64,000 nt of DNA, taken from NCBI GenBank assembly GCA_963833985.1, contig CAWIAD010000002.1, positions 6,528,001 through 6,592,000 on the forward strand, written 5' to 3'. The position numbers and the translations under genes were made by a program. Below are positions 1-12,315 of this stretch, one piece after another (position 1 is the stretch's first letter; each line of letters starts with the position of its first letter). The notes below the pieces were generated by a model that saw only the letters and a program-made list of their open reading frames with translations, was not told where the DNA came from and did not search any database. The stretch comes from an uncultured Planctomycetaceae bacterium. GTDB taxonomy: Bacteria > Planctomycetota > Planctomycetia > Isosphaerales > Isosphaeraceae.

Positions 1-1438
1 GGAACCATCGAGGAACTCCTGAAGCAGAAAGCCTCCCTCTTGGGGGCCGAGCAGCCTTGCCCCAACTGCAAGCGGCTCTGTCCGGTGCAACGCAACGATC
101 GAACCATTGAATTCTGGGGAGGCAAGGTCACCTACGCCGAACCGAAGTGCCACTGCCCGGCATGTCGCCGGGATTTTTTTCCCTCAGCGTCCGGCCTTGC
201 GCCTCACGCCACATGACTACAGCCCTTCGGTGCTGCGCAAGATCGTCCGTTGCGGTGCCCTGGAGCCCTCCTTCCGGGAGGCGGCCGAGGCGATGGCGGA
301 ATTGGCCGAGGTGACCATCGGCAGTCGGCAGATCGGCCGCATCGCCCAGGAGGTCGGCCAACAATTGCAGGCCGAGAGAGATCAGCATGTGAGCGAACTT
401 CAAGCCCATAAGCTCGAGCCGCGAGTCGAGACACGGCCGGCTCTGGCAGTGGTCGAGGTTGACGGCGGCCGGCTGCAGATTCGCGGCCAGGGGGAAGGGC
501 CCGGTGCCCATGATGCGTCCTGGCGTGAGGACAAGATCGCGATTCTGGCCACCATGGCCAATGTCGTCTCGGAATGCGATCCGGAGCCGGAGTTGCCCGC
601 CTGCTACCGCGACCGGGGATACGTCGAGAAGCTTGTCGGCGGGATCAGCGGGGCGAGCTCGATGGGCCTACAGGAGGCCCCGGCGGAGAACATCGACGAA
701 GCATCTCTGCCGTCCCCCGGGGATCGGTCCGAGCCGAGGGAAAGGCCCGAACTGGTGGTGCGGACTTACGTGGCGAGCACCTGCTCCAGCGAGCAATTCG
801 GGCCGATGGTGGCCGCGGAGGCGTGGCGACGCAATCTCATGAAAGCGGCTCATCGGGCGTTCCTGGGGGACGGCTCGGCCTGGATCTGGAAATTGCAGCA
901 ACGGCATTTTCCGACCTTTCTGGCCATCGTTGATTTTCTCCACGCCCTGGGTCACCTGTTCGCGGCCGCCAAGGCTGCGGCGGTCGAGACCGAAGGCCGC
1001 TGGGAGTTGTTCCAGGCATGGGCAGAGGCCTGCTGGAAGGGACGCGTGGGCCAGGTGATTGAGGAACTCCGTACCCTGCGAGATGCCCAGGCGTCCTTAT
1101 CCGGAGACGAGCTCGAACGGCTGGCCGACGATGACCCGCGCAAGATCATCGCCCAAGAACTCGGCTACCTGGAGCATAATCGAGAGCGGATGGACTACCC
1201 TGCTTATCGACGCGGGGGATTGCCGTGGACGAGCAGTCACGTGGAGTCGACCGTGAAGATCTTCAACCGGCGGGTCAAGGGGTCGGAGAAATTCTGGAGC
1301 GACGCCGGTGCCGAGACGATGCTTCAGCTTCGAGCGTCGTTCCTCTCGGAGGACGGACGCCTGGATCGGTACCTCAAAGAGAGGCCCAGCAGCCCCTTCC
1401 GCAACTATAAAGCCAGGGAAACTGGGAAAGCGGCGTAG
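1..1438 (+). CDS. ISKra4-family transposase (5'-partial, two frames joined near 172-183)
   Basis: Frame 1 (1-216) reads ...CPNCKRLC...CHCPACRRDFFP. The next frame continues FFPQRPALRL...VEVDGG...FLGDGSAWIW...IVDFLHALGHL...RMDYPAYRRGGLPWTSSHVESTVK, the ISKra4/UPF0236 DDE motifs. Confidence 0.85.
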
Positions 1439-1470
1439 GACCTCAGAAAAACGAACCGTGTCTTACACCC
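1..1470 (+). mobile_element. ISKra4-family insertion sequence (left part outside window)
   Basis: Two-frame transposase, followed by ...GTCTTACACCC ending at 1470, which resembles an ISKra4-type right end. The left end is not in the window, so the IR pair and TSD cannot be checked. Confidence 0.75.
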
Positions 1471-1989
1471 GCGGGGCTGCGTGCTGTTCGTCTGTTTCAT
1501 TCTGCCAGCGACGATCTCCACGTGCAGGAGAGCGTCGCGGGAATCAGCGGGTCATCGTGCTCCCATCGCGATTGCCCGCCAGAGTGCTCCGTCCCTGTGC
1601 CGGCACCGGGGCGTTTCCACTCGAAAGCAGCCTCGATTTCTGGCCTATCGAACCAAAGCCAATGGACATTACCCGTTTGTCGCCAACCAGTTGAAGTGCC
1701 ATCTCCGATTCGTTTCACGCGGCGCTTTCCAGCTCGCGCTCAGCGGTGTCAGGTCCATGAACCGGAGGAGTTGAGACAAGGGAGACTTGATGAAAGCAAC
1801 CGACTCCGCAGGAATCGCAGGAGTGGATGGATCCGGTCGCGGGCGGACGAGGGTGGACGCACACCGAGCCGTGCGGGACGATGGCGGTTTCATGACCCAG
1901 CCTCATCCGGCTTGGTCGCCGTCCCTGTCAGTCCATCCGACGAACCCGGCAAGGAGCATCTCCTTCCCGTATCGGAAAGGTCGATCCGC

Positions 1990-4900
1990 ATGAATGCGAA
2001 GCACCAACTGGTTTTCGCCCTCCTCGGGATGGTGGCAGTGCCCGCTTCGGCCCAGCAAAACCTGCTTCCTCAGGGGGACTTCAACAACCCGAGCGTCACG
2101 ACGGAGTGGGCCGAGGGGTTCAACATTCCGAAGAATCGCGAGTTCCAGGTTGTCTCAGAAAACGGCAAGCACTGGCTGCGAATCGAGAATCACGATGCGA
2201 ACCGTCAACTCGACTACGTGCATGCTTACGTGAAAGTCGCTCCGCGGATCACGTCGCTGACCGTCGCGGTTCGAATGCGAGCCAGAAACCTGAGCATTGG
2301 CAAGGAAGGCTGGCACACGGCTCGAGTGGCCCTGATGTTCGAGGGAGGCAGCTTCGGTTACCCGGCGCTGGTTCCCGAGCTCAGGGCCGACTCCGACTGG
2401 GTCACGAAATCGGTCGAGCTGAAGGTGCCCGCGGGGGCGACTCGGCTCAATATCCAGCCCGCCATGTTCTACTGCACCGGCGTGTTCGAGATTGCCGATC
2501 TCACGGTCGCCCCGCGACTGGCGGGGACGACAAAGCCACCGGCAGATGCCGAGCTGCCGGCCGGCATGAGCCTGAACTGGGAGCAGACGAAGATCGTGAG
2601 AGAGAATACCAGGCGAGCGCGCATCTCGCTTGATGGTATCTGGCGGTTCGCGCCGGCAGGCGAGGGATCCACGGGGCCACCCGGAGTGGGGTGGGGCTGG
2701 ATCCGTGTGCCGGGCAACTGGCAACGTTCGCCGGGCAGGTCTGCCGGCTTCCTGGTCCCCGGCGCTGGTCCGCAGTGGGATCTCTACGACGGGACCCGGG
2801 TGGCGCGCGCCTGGTACCAGCGACGGATACCCATCCCGGCGGAATGGAAAGGCCGCGCGATCAGCGTGCGCTTCGAACGGGTGTGCGCAGACGCAATCGT
2901 TTATATCAATGGCACCGAATGCGGAAGGGTCGCCTGGCCCTGGGGCTCCGTGGATGTCACGTCGGCCGTGACGCCGGGCCAGACTGCCGAACTTCGGGTG
3001 CTGGTGGCAGCCATCGCGGATCCGGAACAGGTGGGTACCTTCTGGCAGAACGCCTTCATGAACGTCTCCTACGCGGCAGCCTCGCTCAGGTCGCGAGGGC
3101 TCACCGGCGGCGTCATCCTGGAAAGCCGCACTTCGAAGGCGCGCGTCTCCGACTTGTTCGTACGCACCTCGACGCGGAAAAAGGAGATCGCGATCGACGT
3201 GGATCTGACCGGCGTCAAGCAGGCGGGCCCGGTCCAGGTGGTTGCCGATATGCTCGATGAGAAGGGCAATCTGGAAAAGAGCTTCAAGGCGAGCGCCGAG
3301 TGGTTGCCGCGGAGACGCAGACCATGGTGCTCGCATGGCCCTGGACCGACCCGCGGCTCTGGGATGTGGGCCAGCCCAATCTCTACACCCTTCGGTTGAC
3401 CGTGACGGGCGCGGGCATGGATGACCAGTACGACCAGAAGTTCGGCTTCCGGGAGTTCTGGATCGAAGGCCGTCAATTCGTCCTTAATGGCACTGTCCTG
3501 CACCTGCGGCAGCCCTGTTTCTACAACGGTCCGCGCACGCAGGTTGGGGACAACTTCTCCGAGATGGGCGCGGAGAATGTGGATACCCGGGGTGATGCCA
3601 GTGATGCGGGGCATGAGCTCGACGACGCCGATCGCCGGGGATACCTGGCGGCAGTGTATCTCCTGAACGCGAACAAGTACATGATGAGCTCCAGGGGCCG
3701 GATTGTCTGGGAGCAGAACCGTCAGCGCGCCCTCGACCGCGCCACAGTTTGGCTGCGGCACTACCGCAATCATCCCTCCGCGATCATGTGGATCGCCGGA
3801 TTCAATTTCTTCAACAGCGCGGTGGACGCAGATCCGCGCCATGTGGGACGTCAGGGCTGGGACCAGGGCGACGTGCGCTGGAGAAACCTCATCGCACAGG
3901 GCAAGGACCTGTTCGAGGGTCTGAAAAAGCTCGATCCGACCCGGGTGTATTATAGCCACGCGGGTGCCTCCGCGGGCGACGTTTACACGATGAACTGCTA
4001 CCTGGATCTCCTTCCCCTCCAGGAGCGCGAAGATTGGCTGAGCGACTGGTCCAGCAGCGGCGAGATGCCGATTTGTATGGTCGAGTTCGGCACGCCCATG
4101 GACTGCACGTTCAGGCGCAGGCGCCACGGGTTCGAGAGCAACATCACCAGCGAGCCTTTGCTCACGGAGTTCGCCGCCATCTATTTTGGCACGGCAGCCT
4201 ACTCCTCCGAGGAGGCAGAGTACCGGCAGTATCTGCACGACCTGTTCCGCGGGGGGATGCTCTTTGGCAGCTCCGAGAATCGGCTCGATACGTACGCAAA
4301 CAACCACAAGCTCCAGCAGCTCTACCGCCGAAATACCTGGCGCAGTTGGCGGACAGCAGGCCTGCCGGGCGGTTTGCGCACCTGGTCATGGATGCAGGAT
4401 GCTCTCGTCGAGATCAATGGCCCGACCCTGGCGTGGATCGCGGGCCCGGCGGGAGCTGACACCGCGAAGGACCATCACTTCGGTCCCGGAGAGACGATCA
4501 ACAAGCAGATCGTGCTCATCAACGATACGCGCCGGCCGCAGCAGTTTCGCGCTGCCTGGACCGCCATGGTCGGCGGCAAAGCGGTGCATGGGGGTCAAGT
4601 GCAAGGCTGTCTGGCCATTTCCGAGATCCGATTCGTTCCAGTTCAGATCACAGCCCCAGCCCAGGCAGCCGGAGCAAGGGCCGAGGGCCAGATCACGCTG
4701 GAGGCGACCATCGGCGACACCAAACACCAGGATCGTTTTCCGTTCCGCTTGTACGGAGCAGACGAGAGCCACAGCGGTCAGCTCGCCGTCGTCGATCCCC
4801 GCGGCACGACCAGCAAGATGCTTGCAAGCCTGGGATATCGAACCTTCCCCTGGGATGGCTCGGCCGTCCCGCTGGTGGTGATCGGGCGCAACGCGCTGAA

Positions 4901-6635
4901 GGAGGATGCAACAGTGGTGGCCAGGCTCGAGCCCCACGTGCGGGCGGGAGGCAGGGCCCTGATCTGCGCTCAAGATCCGGAATGGATGTCCCAGACCCTG
5001 GGGTGGCGCGTGTGCCCGAAGGTGGCCAGGCGCGTTTTCCCCGCCGGTTCCGAAGTCACCCGCGCCATCGATTCGGAAGACCTCCGAGATTGGAATGGCA
5101 GCAGCGCCTTGATCGAGCCTTTCCCGCGCTACGAGGGGAACTACCTCAGAGGCAACGAGCGAGAGCAACCCTATGCCGGGTGGCACTGGGGCAACCGCGG
5201 AGGCGTCAGCAGCGCGGCCGTCGAAAAGCCGCACCGCAGTGGCTGGCGTCCCCTGCTCGAGTGTGAATTCGACCTGTCCTATACGCCGCTCATGGAGCTC
5301 GACCATGGCCTGGGCCGGTTGACCGTCTGCACGCTGGACCTGGAGGACCATCTGCTCCAGGATCCCGCGGCGCGGCTCATGGCAGGTCGAATCGTGGACC
5401 ACGCCCTGCACTCGCCGCTGGCTCCACGGGTGAGCAAGGTGGTGTACCTTGGCGGCGCCTCAGGCGCTGCCTGGCTCGACAGGATCGGAGTGAGCTATCA
5501 GCGGTCGGACACTCTGGAAACCGGGGCCGGGCTGCTGCTCATCGGCCCGGATGCCGCACTCGACACGACGGTGCTCACCACCTACATCCAGCACGGGGGC
5601 AAGGCGTTCTTCTTGCCGCGGTCGCAGCCTGATGGATGGCTCGGCACCGCTCTGAAGCCAGCCTCCGCCCGATTCGCGGGATCACTCGCCGCTCCAGATT
5701 GGCCCGAGGCAAGCGGCCTCAGCGCGTCGGATTTGCGCTGGCGCGGTTCCCTGGACACGCCTTACTGGCTGCTCAGTGCCGGTGCGGAGATCGGGGCCAG
5801 CGGCTTGATTGGCCGCAAGACGCTGGGCAGGGGCCTGGCAATCTTCTGCCAGGTGGATCCGGATGGCTTTAATGCAGACAGGAAGACCTATTTTCGGTAC
5901 ACGCGCTGGCGGGCTACCCGCGCCGTCGCCCAGTTGCTCGCCAACCTGGGTGCCAGTTTCGCCGTGGATCGGCGGATCTTTCACCCTCTCGATACCTGGG
6001 TAGTCAACCTTGCGGGCAAGTGGCAGATGCAAGTCGCGTCCAAGCTACCACGCGCGACCAGCGAGGCCATGGCGCCTGCCGACCCCGGCATGAGCGCTCA
6101 GGGCCGCCGCCTGGTCGAGCAAACCGTGGCGGGCGCAGGATGGGTCCCTGTCCCCCTACCACAAATGTTGCCGATATTCGAAATCAGCGACGGGGAAGCC
6201 GTCTTTCGTCAAGAGGTCATCATCCCGACGCAGCACGCCGGGCAGGGACTGAAGCTCGCGCTGGGCGCCCTCTGTGATTTCGACAACACCTACTTCAATG
6301 GTGTGGAAGTGGGGCACACGGACAGGACGACGCCGGACTGGCGGCACACGCCGCGCGACTACCTCGTACCTGGAAGACTGGTCAAGGCCGGCAGGAACGT
6401 GATCGCAGTACGACTCTTCAATTGTTTCGGATCAGGCGGCTTTGCCGGTGATCCCGGCCTCGCCACGGGCCCCAACGGAGATCGCTCGGGGCCCCAAGCC
6501 ACGGGCCCGCGCATCGGCCTAAACATGTCTCTGAGCCGCAGCCCCGAAGGCCCCCAGTCGCTCTCGTACTATCACGCCGATTACCGCACCGATTTCCCGA
6601 TGGGAGACAACCCGTACCGGTATTACCGGTGGTAG
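1990..6635 (+). CDS. Secreted glycoside hydrolase family 2-like protein (frameshift near 3298)
   Basis: Signal peptide MNAKHQLVFALLGMVAVPASA, sugar-binding domain (ISLDGIWRF, AWYQRRIPIPAEW), PRLWDVGQPNLY and FGFREFWIEGRQFVLNG, YRNHPS, and a C-terminal jelly-roll (DFDNTYFNG...GRNVIAVR). Joins ORFs 1522-3399 and 3300-6635. Confidence 0.8.
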
Positions 6636-6759
6636 CCTTGCTTGTGCCTTCGAGGGGCGGCGCTCGGCAGGCGTTGAAATACGAGCAGAGCAAAAAACGT
6701 CGCGATCCGAGTGTGCGCGGCGTCCAGGGACGGGCGAGGCCGTCGTCGATGATCACACG

Positions 6760-6960
6760 GTAATCCTTGTCTGCGTCGGTCCGATCTTCCAGAAACGCCA
6801 AAAAGCAACGGCCGTTGACCCCGGCCACGCCCTTGCCCCAGGACGACATGTCGAGAAAGGTGTTGCCCCCCGCGGGCACACTGAACACCGCCCGCCGGAA
6901 GGCCGTACCGCCAGAGTCCGATCCCGGAGCCTTGAAGTCCAGGGCCGTGTTCTACCGCCA
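6760..6960 (-). pseudogene. Remnant of a GH35 beta-galactosidase C-terminal domain
   Basis: TFLDMSSWGKGVAGVNG and, in another frame, RFWKIGPTQT match the GH35 C-terminal pattern DTFLDMxGWGKGxxWVNG...GRYWxIGPQQT. No start and no catalytic domain. Confidence 0.6.
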
Positions 6961-7117
6961 GGGGTAGAGCACGGCCTGGACTGCATCATAACGTGTGTAT
7001 GAGTGCGCCCGCCTGGCCTGCCAAGAAAGGGATCACGGTGCGCGCGCCCAGACGGCCCTGGTCGCAGCGTAACATGTCTGGAATTCTCGGTTTGCATAAG
7101 AATGTTAGGTGGCCCGA

Positions 7118-7660
7118 TCAAGGTCGATCGGCTTCCGAGCCGAGGTTGTGCAAGGCAGTGATGATGCGGGCGCACTGGCGGACGGCCTCGAAGAGGCCGA
7201 TCGCCACGGCGCTTGAGAGGTTCAGGCTGCGTGCCTCGGGGCGGATAGGGATGCGGAGCGAGCGGTCGGGGCACTCATCCATCCAGGACCCGGGGAGGCC
7301 GCGGCTCTCCGGGCCGAAAACGAGCGCGTCGCCAGGTTGGAAGACCGCTTCCGTGTAGAGCCGGCTGCCCCTGGTGCTGAAGGCCCAGAGCCGTTGCCGG
7401 CCCAGGGCTCCGGTCACCTCGGCCAGGCTGTCCGCGAGGCAAAGGTCGAGGTGCTCCCAGTAATCGAGCCCGGCGCGGCGGAGATGCCGGTCGTCGAGGT
7501 GAAAGCCCAGCGGGCGGACCAGCCACAGGCTGGCTCCCGCGGCCACGCAGGTGCGGCCGATTGCGCCGGTGTTGGACGCGATCTCGGGCTCGAAGAGGAC
7601 TACGTGAAGCCGCGCGCCCTTGCCCGCAGGATTATAGGCCGGCATGGGGCTGAGCGTCAT
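7118..7660 (-). CDS. trmL: tRNA (cytidine/uridine-34 2'-O)-methyltransferase
   Basis: LHVVLFEPEIASNTGAIGRTC, LRRAGLDYW, VFGPESRGLP, RSLNLS (SPOUT). ATG at 7660 overlaps the tsaB TGA (ATGA). Confidence 0.9.
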   Translation of the reverse strand: MTLSPMPAYNPAGKGARLHVVLFEPEIASNTGAIGRTCVAAGASLWLVRPLGFHLDDRHLRRAGLDYWEHLDLCLADSLAEVTGALGRQRLWAFSTRGSRLYTEAVFQPGDALVFGPESRGLPGSWMDECPDRSLRIPIRPEARSLNLSSAVAIGLFEAVRQCARIITALHNLGSEADRP

Positions 7661-8380
7661 GATGCGGGCTTCCTCTGCTGCGCGTCCCTGGTCTCTTCGG
7701 CAGCACTGCGACGAAGGTAATTCGGCTCGAGCGTCCACAGGTCGTCGCGCCGGCCCGCCGCGTGCAGCCTCTGCGCCAGCGCGATGCAGCGCCTGCACCC
7801 TGGCCGAGTCGCCGACGGCGGGCGCCGCCTGGAGCACCGGCGGCAAGATCGCGGCGCGGATTCGCGGTGAGTCAAGGCCTGGACCGACGACAATTCCCGG
7901 GGCGGACAGTTCCCGCGCCGAGGCGTCAAGTGCAACGATGCGGGCGGGGACCAGTGTCGCGGGTGGTTCCTCCGGCAATGTCCGGCGGAAACTGGCGGCG
8001 TAGACGTCCCCGCGCTGTGCATCAGCCACTGCGTGGATGCATTCAGGCGAGTCATGCAGGCTCAGCGCCCAGCCTTCCAGGCTATCAAACCCGACGAGGT
8101 CAGCGCCGCTGGCATAGGCGAGCGTTCGCGCGGCCGTCAGGCCGATACGCAGCCCGGTGTACGATCCCGGGCCGAGCCCCACCGCGATGACCTCCAGCTC
8201 GCGGGCGCTCAGTTTTGCCCCCTGGAGCAGTTCAGCCACAGCGGGGAGGAGATCGCGGCCATGGCGCCGTGCATGGACAAACCTGGACACATGAACGGTG
8301 CCCGCCGCTGTGTGCAATCCCACGGCGGGGTAGTCACACGACGTGTCGATCACCAGCAGGTGGGTTTCGTGAGCGTTCAC
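7657..8380 (-). CDS. tsaB: t6A biosynthesis protein TsaB (frameshift near 7790)
   Basis: LLVIDTS, IAVGLGPGSYTGLRIG, DAQRGDVY. The conserved C-terminus LEPNYLRRSAAEE lies in the frame of ORF 7657-8055. Confidence 0.85.
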
Positions 8381-8629
8381 AGCAGTCCTGGAGTACGAGC
8401 CGGGCTGTCACGGCCACTCCCTTTCATGATGGTGAAGGATCGCAACATCCCGCAATTGATTCCGCGTGCTGTCAGGGTGAAGCGTCTGATTTTCGATAGA
8501 AAGAATATCTGAAGGTCTACTCACCTGGCGAAATCAGGCGCAGCCAGTCTCGCAGGATGATGTTAAAGGGGGGAGCGCTGGGGCCTCGACCTGGCGGAAG
8601 GGGCGATCTGAGATCATGGATTCGTGGAC

Positions 8630-8671
8630 TTGACCCCTTCACTACCTTCGTTCTATTCTTTAGGATATAAT
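8630..8671 (+). promoter_or_regulatory. Candidate sigma70 promoter
   Basis: TTGACC (8630-8635), 18 nt, TATTCT (8654-8659), plus a TATAAT at 8666-8671, in an AT-rich divergent intergenic region. Confidence 0.45.
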
Positions 8672-8779
8672 TTCGCGCGGAATTTGATCGTATTCAGGAC
8701 GGATCATTCTCGCGCGGCAAATTAGCGGACCGTGGGCCGCTGCCAGAAGCTGGCCTGTTCGGTCGGAGGATTCTCCTCG

Positions 8780-9574
8780 GTGCGGCGAGCCTTGATCAGC
8801 GATATTCATGGGAACCTGGAAGCCTTGGAGGTGGTTCTCGACGACATCCAAGGCCAGAAGATCTCGGAGATTTTTTGTCTCGGGGACATCATCGGCTACG
8901 GACCGAACCCTCGAGAGTGCATTGACCGGGTGATGGATACCTGCAAGATGACCTTGCTGGGCAACCATGACCAGGGTGCGATGTTCGACCCGGACGGGTT
9001 CAACATTGGTGCGGAGCGGGCCATTTTCTGGACCCGCAGCCAGCTCGAGAGTCCCTCTGACCGGAACAACAACGAGCGCCGCTGGGAGTTTCTGGGCGAT
9101 CTGCCGCGTTCTTACCGGATGGGGCCGTTCCTCTTCGTGCACGGCTCACCGCGTAATCCGCTCAGCGAGTACATCTTTCCCGAAGACATCTACAACCACC
9201 GCAAGATGGAACGGCTGTTCCAGCTTGTGGAGCGTTATTGTTTTCAGGGACACACCCACGTGCCGGGGATCTTCACCGAGAACTATCAATTCTTCGCCCC
9301 CGAGGAGATCGACAACGAATATACCCTGGGCGAGGGAAAGCTGATGGTGAACGTGGGTTCGGTGGGCCAGCCGCGTGACGGCGATAACCGCGCCTGCTAC
9401 GTGGTTCTCGATGATGGACAGAGCGACGAATCCGGGGCGGAGCTCCGGGTGCAGGCCTCTCCCCGCATCACGTTCCGCCGCCTTGGCTACGAGTTCGAGA
9501 AAACCATCCAGAAGATCTACGCCATTCCCGATCTCGAGCCGTTCCTGGGCGACCGGCTCCGGCAAGGACGTTGA
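8780..9574 (+). CDS. Calcineurin-like metallophosphoesterase
   Basis: [42 protein letters not shown] start with GGAGGA RBS. Confidence 0.9.
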   Translation: MRRALISDIHGNLEALEVVLDDIQGQKISEIFCLGDIIGYGPNPRECIDRVMDTCKMTLLGNHDQGAMFDPDGFNIGAERAIFWTRSQLESPSDRNNNERRWEFLGDLPRSYRMGPFLFVHGSPRNPLSEYIFPEDIYNHRKMERLFQLVERYCFQGHTHVPGIFTENYQFFAPEEIDNEYTLGEGKLMVNVGSVGQPRDGDNRACYVVLDDGQSDESGAELRVQASPRITFRRLGYEFEKTIQKIYAIPDLEPFLGDRLRQGR

Positions 9575-9820
9575 TCCGTGCATCGAGCGGCGAAGGCGGG
9601 TCGTCCCGGTCGTCCCTGTGCGAGCGGTAGGCAGCTGCTCGATGCGATCTGGCGGCCGGCTTCCGTCCATTTGAGACGGACGAGGCACAAGCCAGGCGGC
9701 GGTGTTCGGCCAGGACGATCGACGCCCTGCGACCACACGGAGTGCCCGGCCTCCGGGTGAGCCTGTGACGGATCCAGAAACCCATCCCGGAAACGCTCGC
9801 CATCCCAGAGTTTGCACGCC

Positions 9821-12178
9821 ATGAGCAATGAGAAACGCGTCATCCTGTGCGTCCTGCTGATCTTCGTCTGGGTGACGGTGGCCCCCACGCTGCTCCGATC
9901 TCTCGGGCTCATGCCGCCGCCCCCCAAGAAGGCAGCACCGGCCCCGGCGGCGACTGTTGACGCGGCCAAGGAACAGATGAAACCTGGAGACGACCAGGCC
10001 GTAGCGAAGGCCGAGGCCGAGCAGTCCAGGGCCGGTGCGGCATCGGCAGACTCCAGGCCGGAACCCGCCAAGGGTGCCGACGCTGCGAAGAAGGCCCCGG
10101 AGACGGCCAGCGAGGCCGCAAAGCCCGGCAAGCCCGGTGTCGTCCCGGTGGAGGAGCAAGAGCTGGTCCTGGGCTCGGCCAGCGACAAGAGCCCCGCAGG
10201 CTACCGTCTGGAGGTACAGCTCCAGCAAAAGGGCGCCGGGGTGGAATCGGTCGCGTCGTCACGCTATGACGCCGAGTTCGAGGGCCGCAAGAACCCGCAT
10301 CTTCCCCTGCAACTGGTTCGACGCGACCCATTCGCGCAGCCGTCGCTGGCGTTGACCCTGAGCACCGACGTGCCCGCGGCCGCCGAGGCCGAGAAGCCGG
10401 AGACCGAAAGCGACACCGAGACCGACCAGCCCAAGCCTCCTTCCCGCACCGAGGACCTGCTTGACTCCGTGCTCTGGGACGTGGTTCGCGACGACCAGGG
10501 CCGCGTCGTCGTGCCTTTAACCGGCACGACCGACTCCGGGAAGGAAGTCGAAGGCCAGCAGGTCAGCTTCCGCACCAAGGCCGCCAACGAAGTTGTCGTC
10601 ACCAAGACGTTCCGGCTCTGGAAGGAGACCGACGGCCTGGAGCTGGAGATCCGCTTCGACAGCCCCGACCAGGAGCGGGCCTTCTCTTACAACCTGCTCG
10701 GCCCGCACGGCATTCCGATCGAGGGCGAATGGTACACCGGCACCTTTCGCGAGGCCTTCTTCGCCACCTACGACCAGGGAAAGATCAAGGTCAGCACGCA
10801 TACCGCAAACGACATCGTCAAGGCCAGTCGAGCGGGCAAGCCGATCGAAAGCACCACCTTGCCCTTGCGCTTCACGGGGATCGAGAACCAGTACTTCGCC
10901 CTGCTCATGACCCCGGCGCCTGCACCCACCAGCGAGGCGGACCGCATCGACCGGGAGACCCTGGCCATCGTCTTGCACGAGGACCCGAAGGCCCTTCAGA
11001 AATCCGACGTGGGCGTGCGCATGACTTCCCGGCCGCTCAAGATCGGCCCCAACGTCCCCGCCGTGCACACGTTCCGGATCTTCACCGGGCCGAAGACCGA
11101 CGAGGCACTGAGCGATTATGCCGCCTCGTCTCTGGTCTCGTACCGCAAGAGCAGCTACATCCCCTATGCGTCCACCATCGCTCGATACGTGATCGCGCCC
11201 ACACTGTCGTTCACCTACCAGGTGACGCGCCGGGTCGCCGCCCTGTTCGGCCGGCAAGAAGGCAACTGGGGGATGGCGATCATCCTCCTGACCCTGCTGG
11301 TGAAGATGATCATGTTTCCGCTGGGCCGCAAGCAGGCGCTCATGGCGCAGCGGTCGCAGCAGCTTCAGCCGTTTCTCAAGCAAATTCAGGAGAAGTACAA
11401 GGACGACAAGGAACGGCAAACCAAGGAGACCTTCGCACTTTACAAGAAGCATGGCGTCAACCCCGTGAGCGGCTGCATCCCCGCCCTCATCCAGCTACCC
11501 ATTTTCGTCGGCCTCTGGCAGGCGTTGAACACGAGCGTGGCTCTCCGCCATGCGTCGTTCCTCTGGATCAACGACCTGGCGGCGCCGGACATGCTGTTCC
11601 GGTTTCCGGTGGAGATTCCCCTCATCGGTAGCTGGCTGGGCAACTGGTTCAACGTCCTGCCGTTTGGCGTCGTCGCGCTGATGCTGGTGCAAACCAAGCT
11701 TTTTTCTCCACCGCCGACGACCAAGGAGGCCGAAACCCAGCAACAGACGATGAAGATCATGATGATCTTCATGGCATTCATGTTCTACAAGGTCCCCTCC
11801 GGCCTGGGCATCTACTTCATCACCAGCAGCCTCTGGTCGATCGGCGAGCGGCTGCTCTTGCCCAAGATCAGCCATGCGGCGCCGGATAAGTCCGTGGACG
11901 ACGAGATAGACGGCGGCAAGAGCGGCACACGTGGCAAGGGCGGCTTCGGCGGCAAGGGCGGACCCGGCGGCAACGGCCCGGCACCTCCCAAGAAACCGCC
12001 CGGCGCTTTCAGCCAGTTCATGGAGAGAATTCTCGCGGAGGCGCGCAAGGACCCGACCTATCGCAAGATTGCCGAGCCGCGTGACGGCAAGGACCGCGAC
12101 GGCAAGACCGAATCCGGCGACCACCGCGAACGTGACCGCGACCGCGGCAAGCCCAGGACCCGGCCGGGAAGGAAGTGA
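9821..12178 (+). CDS. yidC: Membrane protein insertase YidC
   Basis: N-terminal TM, large periplasmic domain, GNWGMAIILLTLLVK, LYKKHGVNPVSGCIPALIQLPIF, FLWINDLAAPD, PSGLGIYFITSSLW. Confidence 0.95.
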   Translation: MSNEKRVILCVLLIFVWVTVAPTLLRSLGLMPPPPKKAAPAPAATVDAAKEQMKPGDDQAVAKAEAEQSRAGAASADSRPEPAKGADAAKKAPETASEAAKPGKPGVVPVEEQELVLGSASDKSPAGYRLEVQLQQKGAGVESVASSRYDAEFEGRKNPHLPLQLVRRDPFAQPSLALTLSTDVPAAAEAEKPETESDTETDQPKPPSRTEDLLDSVLWDVVRDDQGRVVVPLTGTTDSGKEVEGQQVSFRTKAANEVVVTKTFRLWKETDGLELEIRFDSPDQERAFSYNLLGPHGIPIEGEWYTGTFREAFFATYDQGKIKVSTHTANDIVKASRAGKPIESTTLPLRFTGIENQYFALLMTPAPAPTSEADRIDRETLAIVLHEDPKALQKSDVGVRMTSRPLKIGPNVPAVHTFRIFTGPKTDEALSDYAASSLVSYRKSSYIPYASTIARYVIAPTLSFTYQVTRRVAALFGRQEGNWGMAIILLTLLVKMIMFPLGRKQALMAQRSQQLQPFLKQIQEKYKDDKERQTKETFALYKKHGVNPVSGCIPALIQLPIFVGLWQALNTSVALRHASFLWINDLAAPDMLFRFPVEIPLIGSWLGNWFNVLPFGVVALMLVQTKLFSPPPTTKEAETQQQTMKIMMIFMAFMFYKVPSGLGIYFITSSLWSIGERLLLPKISHAAPDKSVDDEIDGGKSGTRGKGGFGGKGGPGGNGPAPPKKPPGAFSQFMERILAEARKDPTYRKIAEPRDGKDRDGKTESGDHRERDRDRGKPRTRPGRK

Positions 12179-12315
12179 GGGTCGTCGCGGCCGGCTCGTC
12201 CCCGAGCGGTGGGTCCGAACCGGTCCGGTCGGCCGCGGTGAGCCTCGGAAGCGGACAGCCCTGATTCCTTGTGCTTTCGCTCGCGCTCCCGCTTGCTTCC
12301 AGGAGCGACTGGCCA

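Noticed and set aside
1522..1989. Long N-terminal extension of the GH2 ORF
   Set aside because: Low-complexity translation; a signal peptide and RBS identify ATG 1990 as the start.
7118..8380. Apparent 420-aa TsaB-TrmL fusion ORF
   Set aside because: The conserved TsaB C-terminus (LEPNYLRRSAAEE) is in another frame and ends at a TGA overlapping the trmL ATG. The fusion results from an indel near 7790.
9575..9650. Long hairpin GCATCGAGCGGC...GCTGCTCGATGC between the phosphoesterase and yidC
   Set aside because: A single GC-rich stem with no U-tract or other support; not distinguishable from ordinary intergenic structure.
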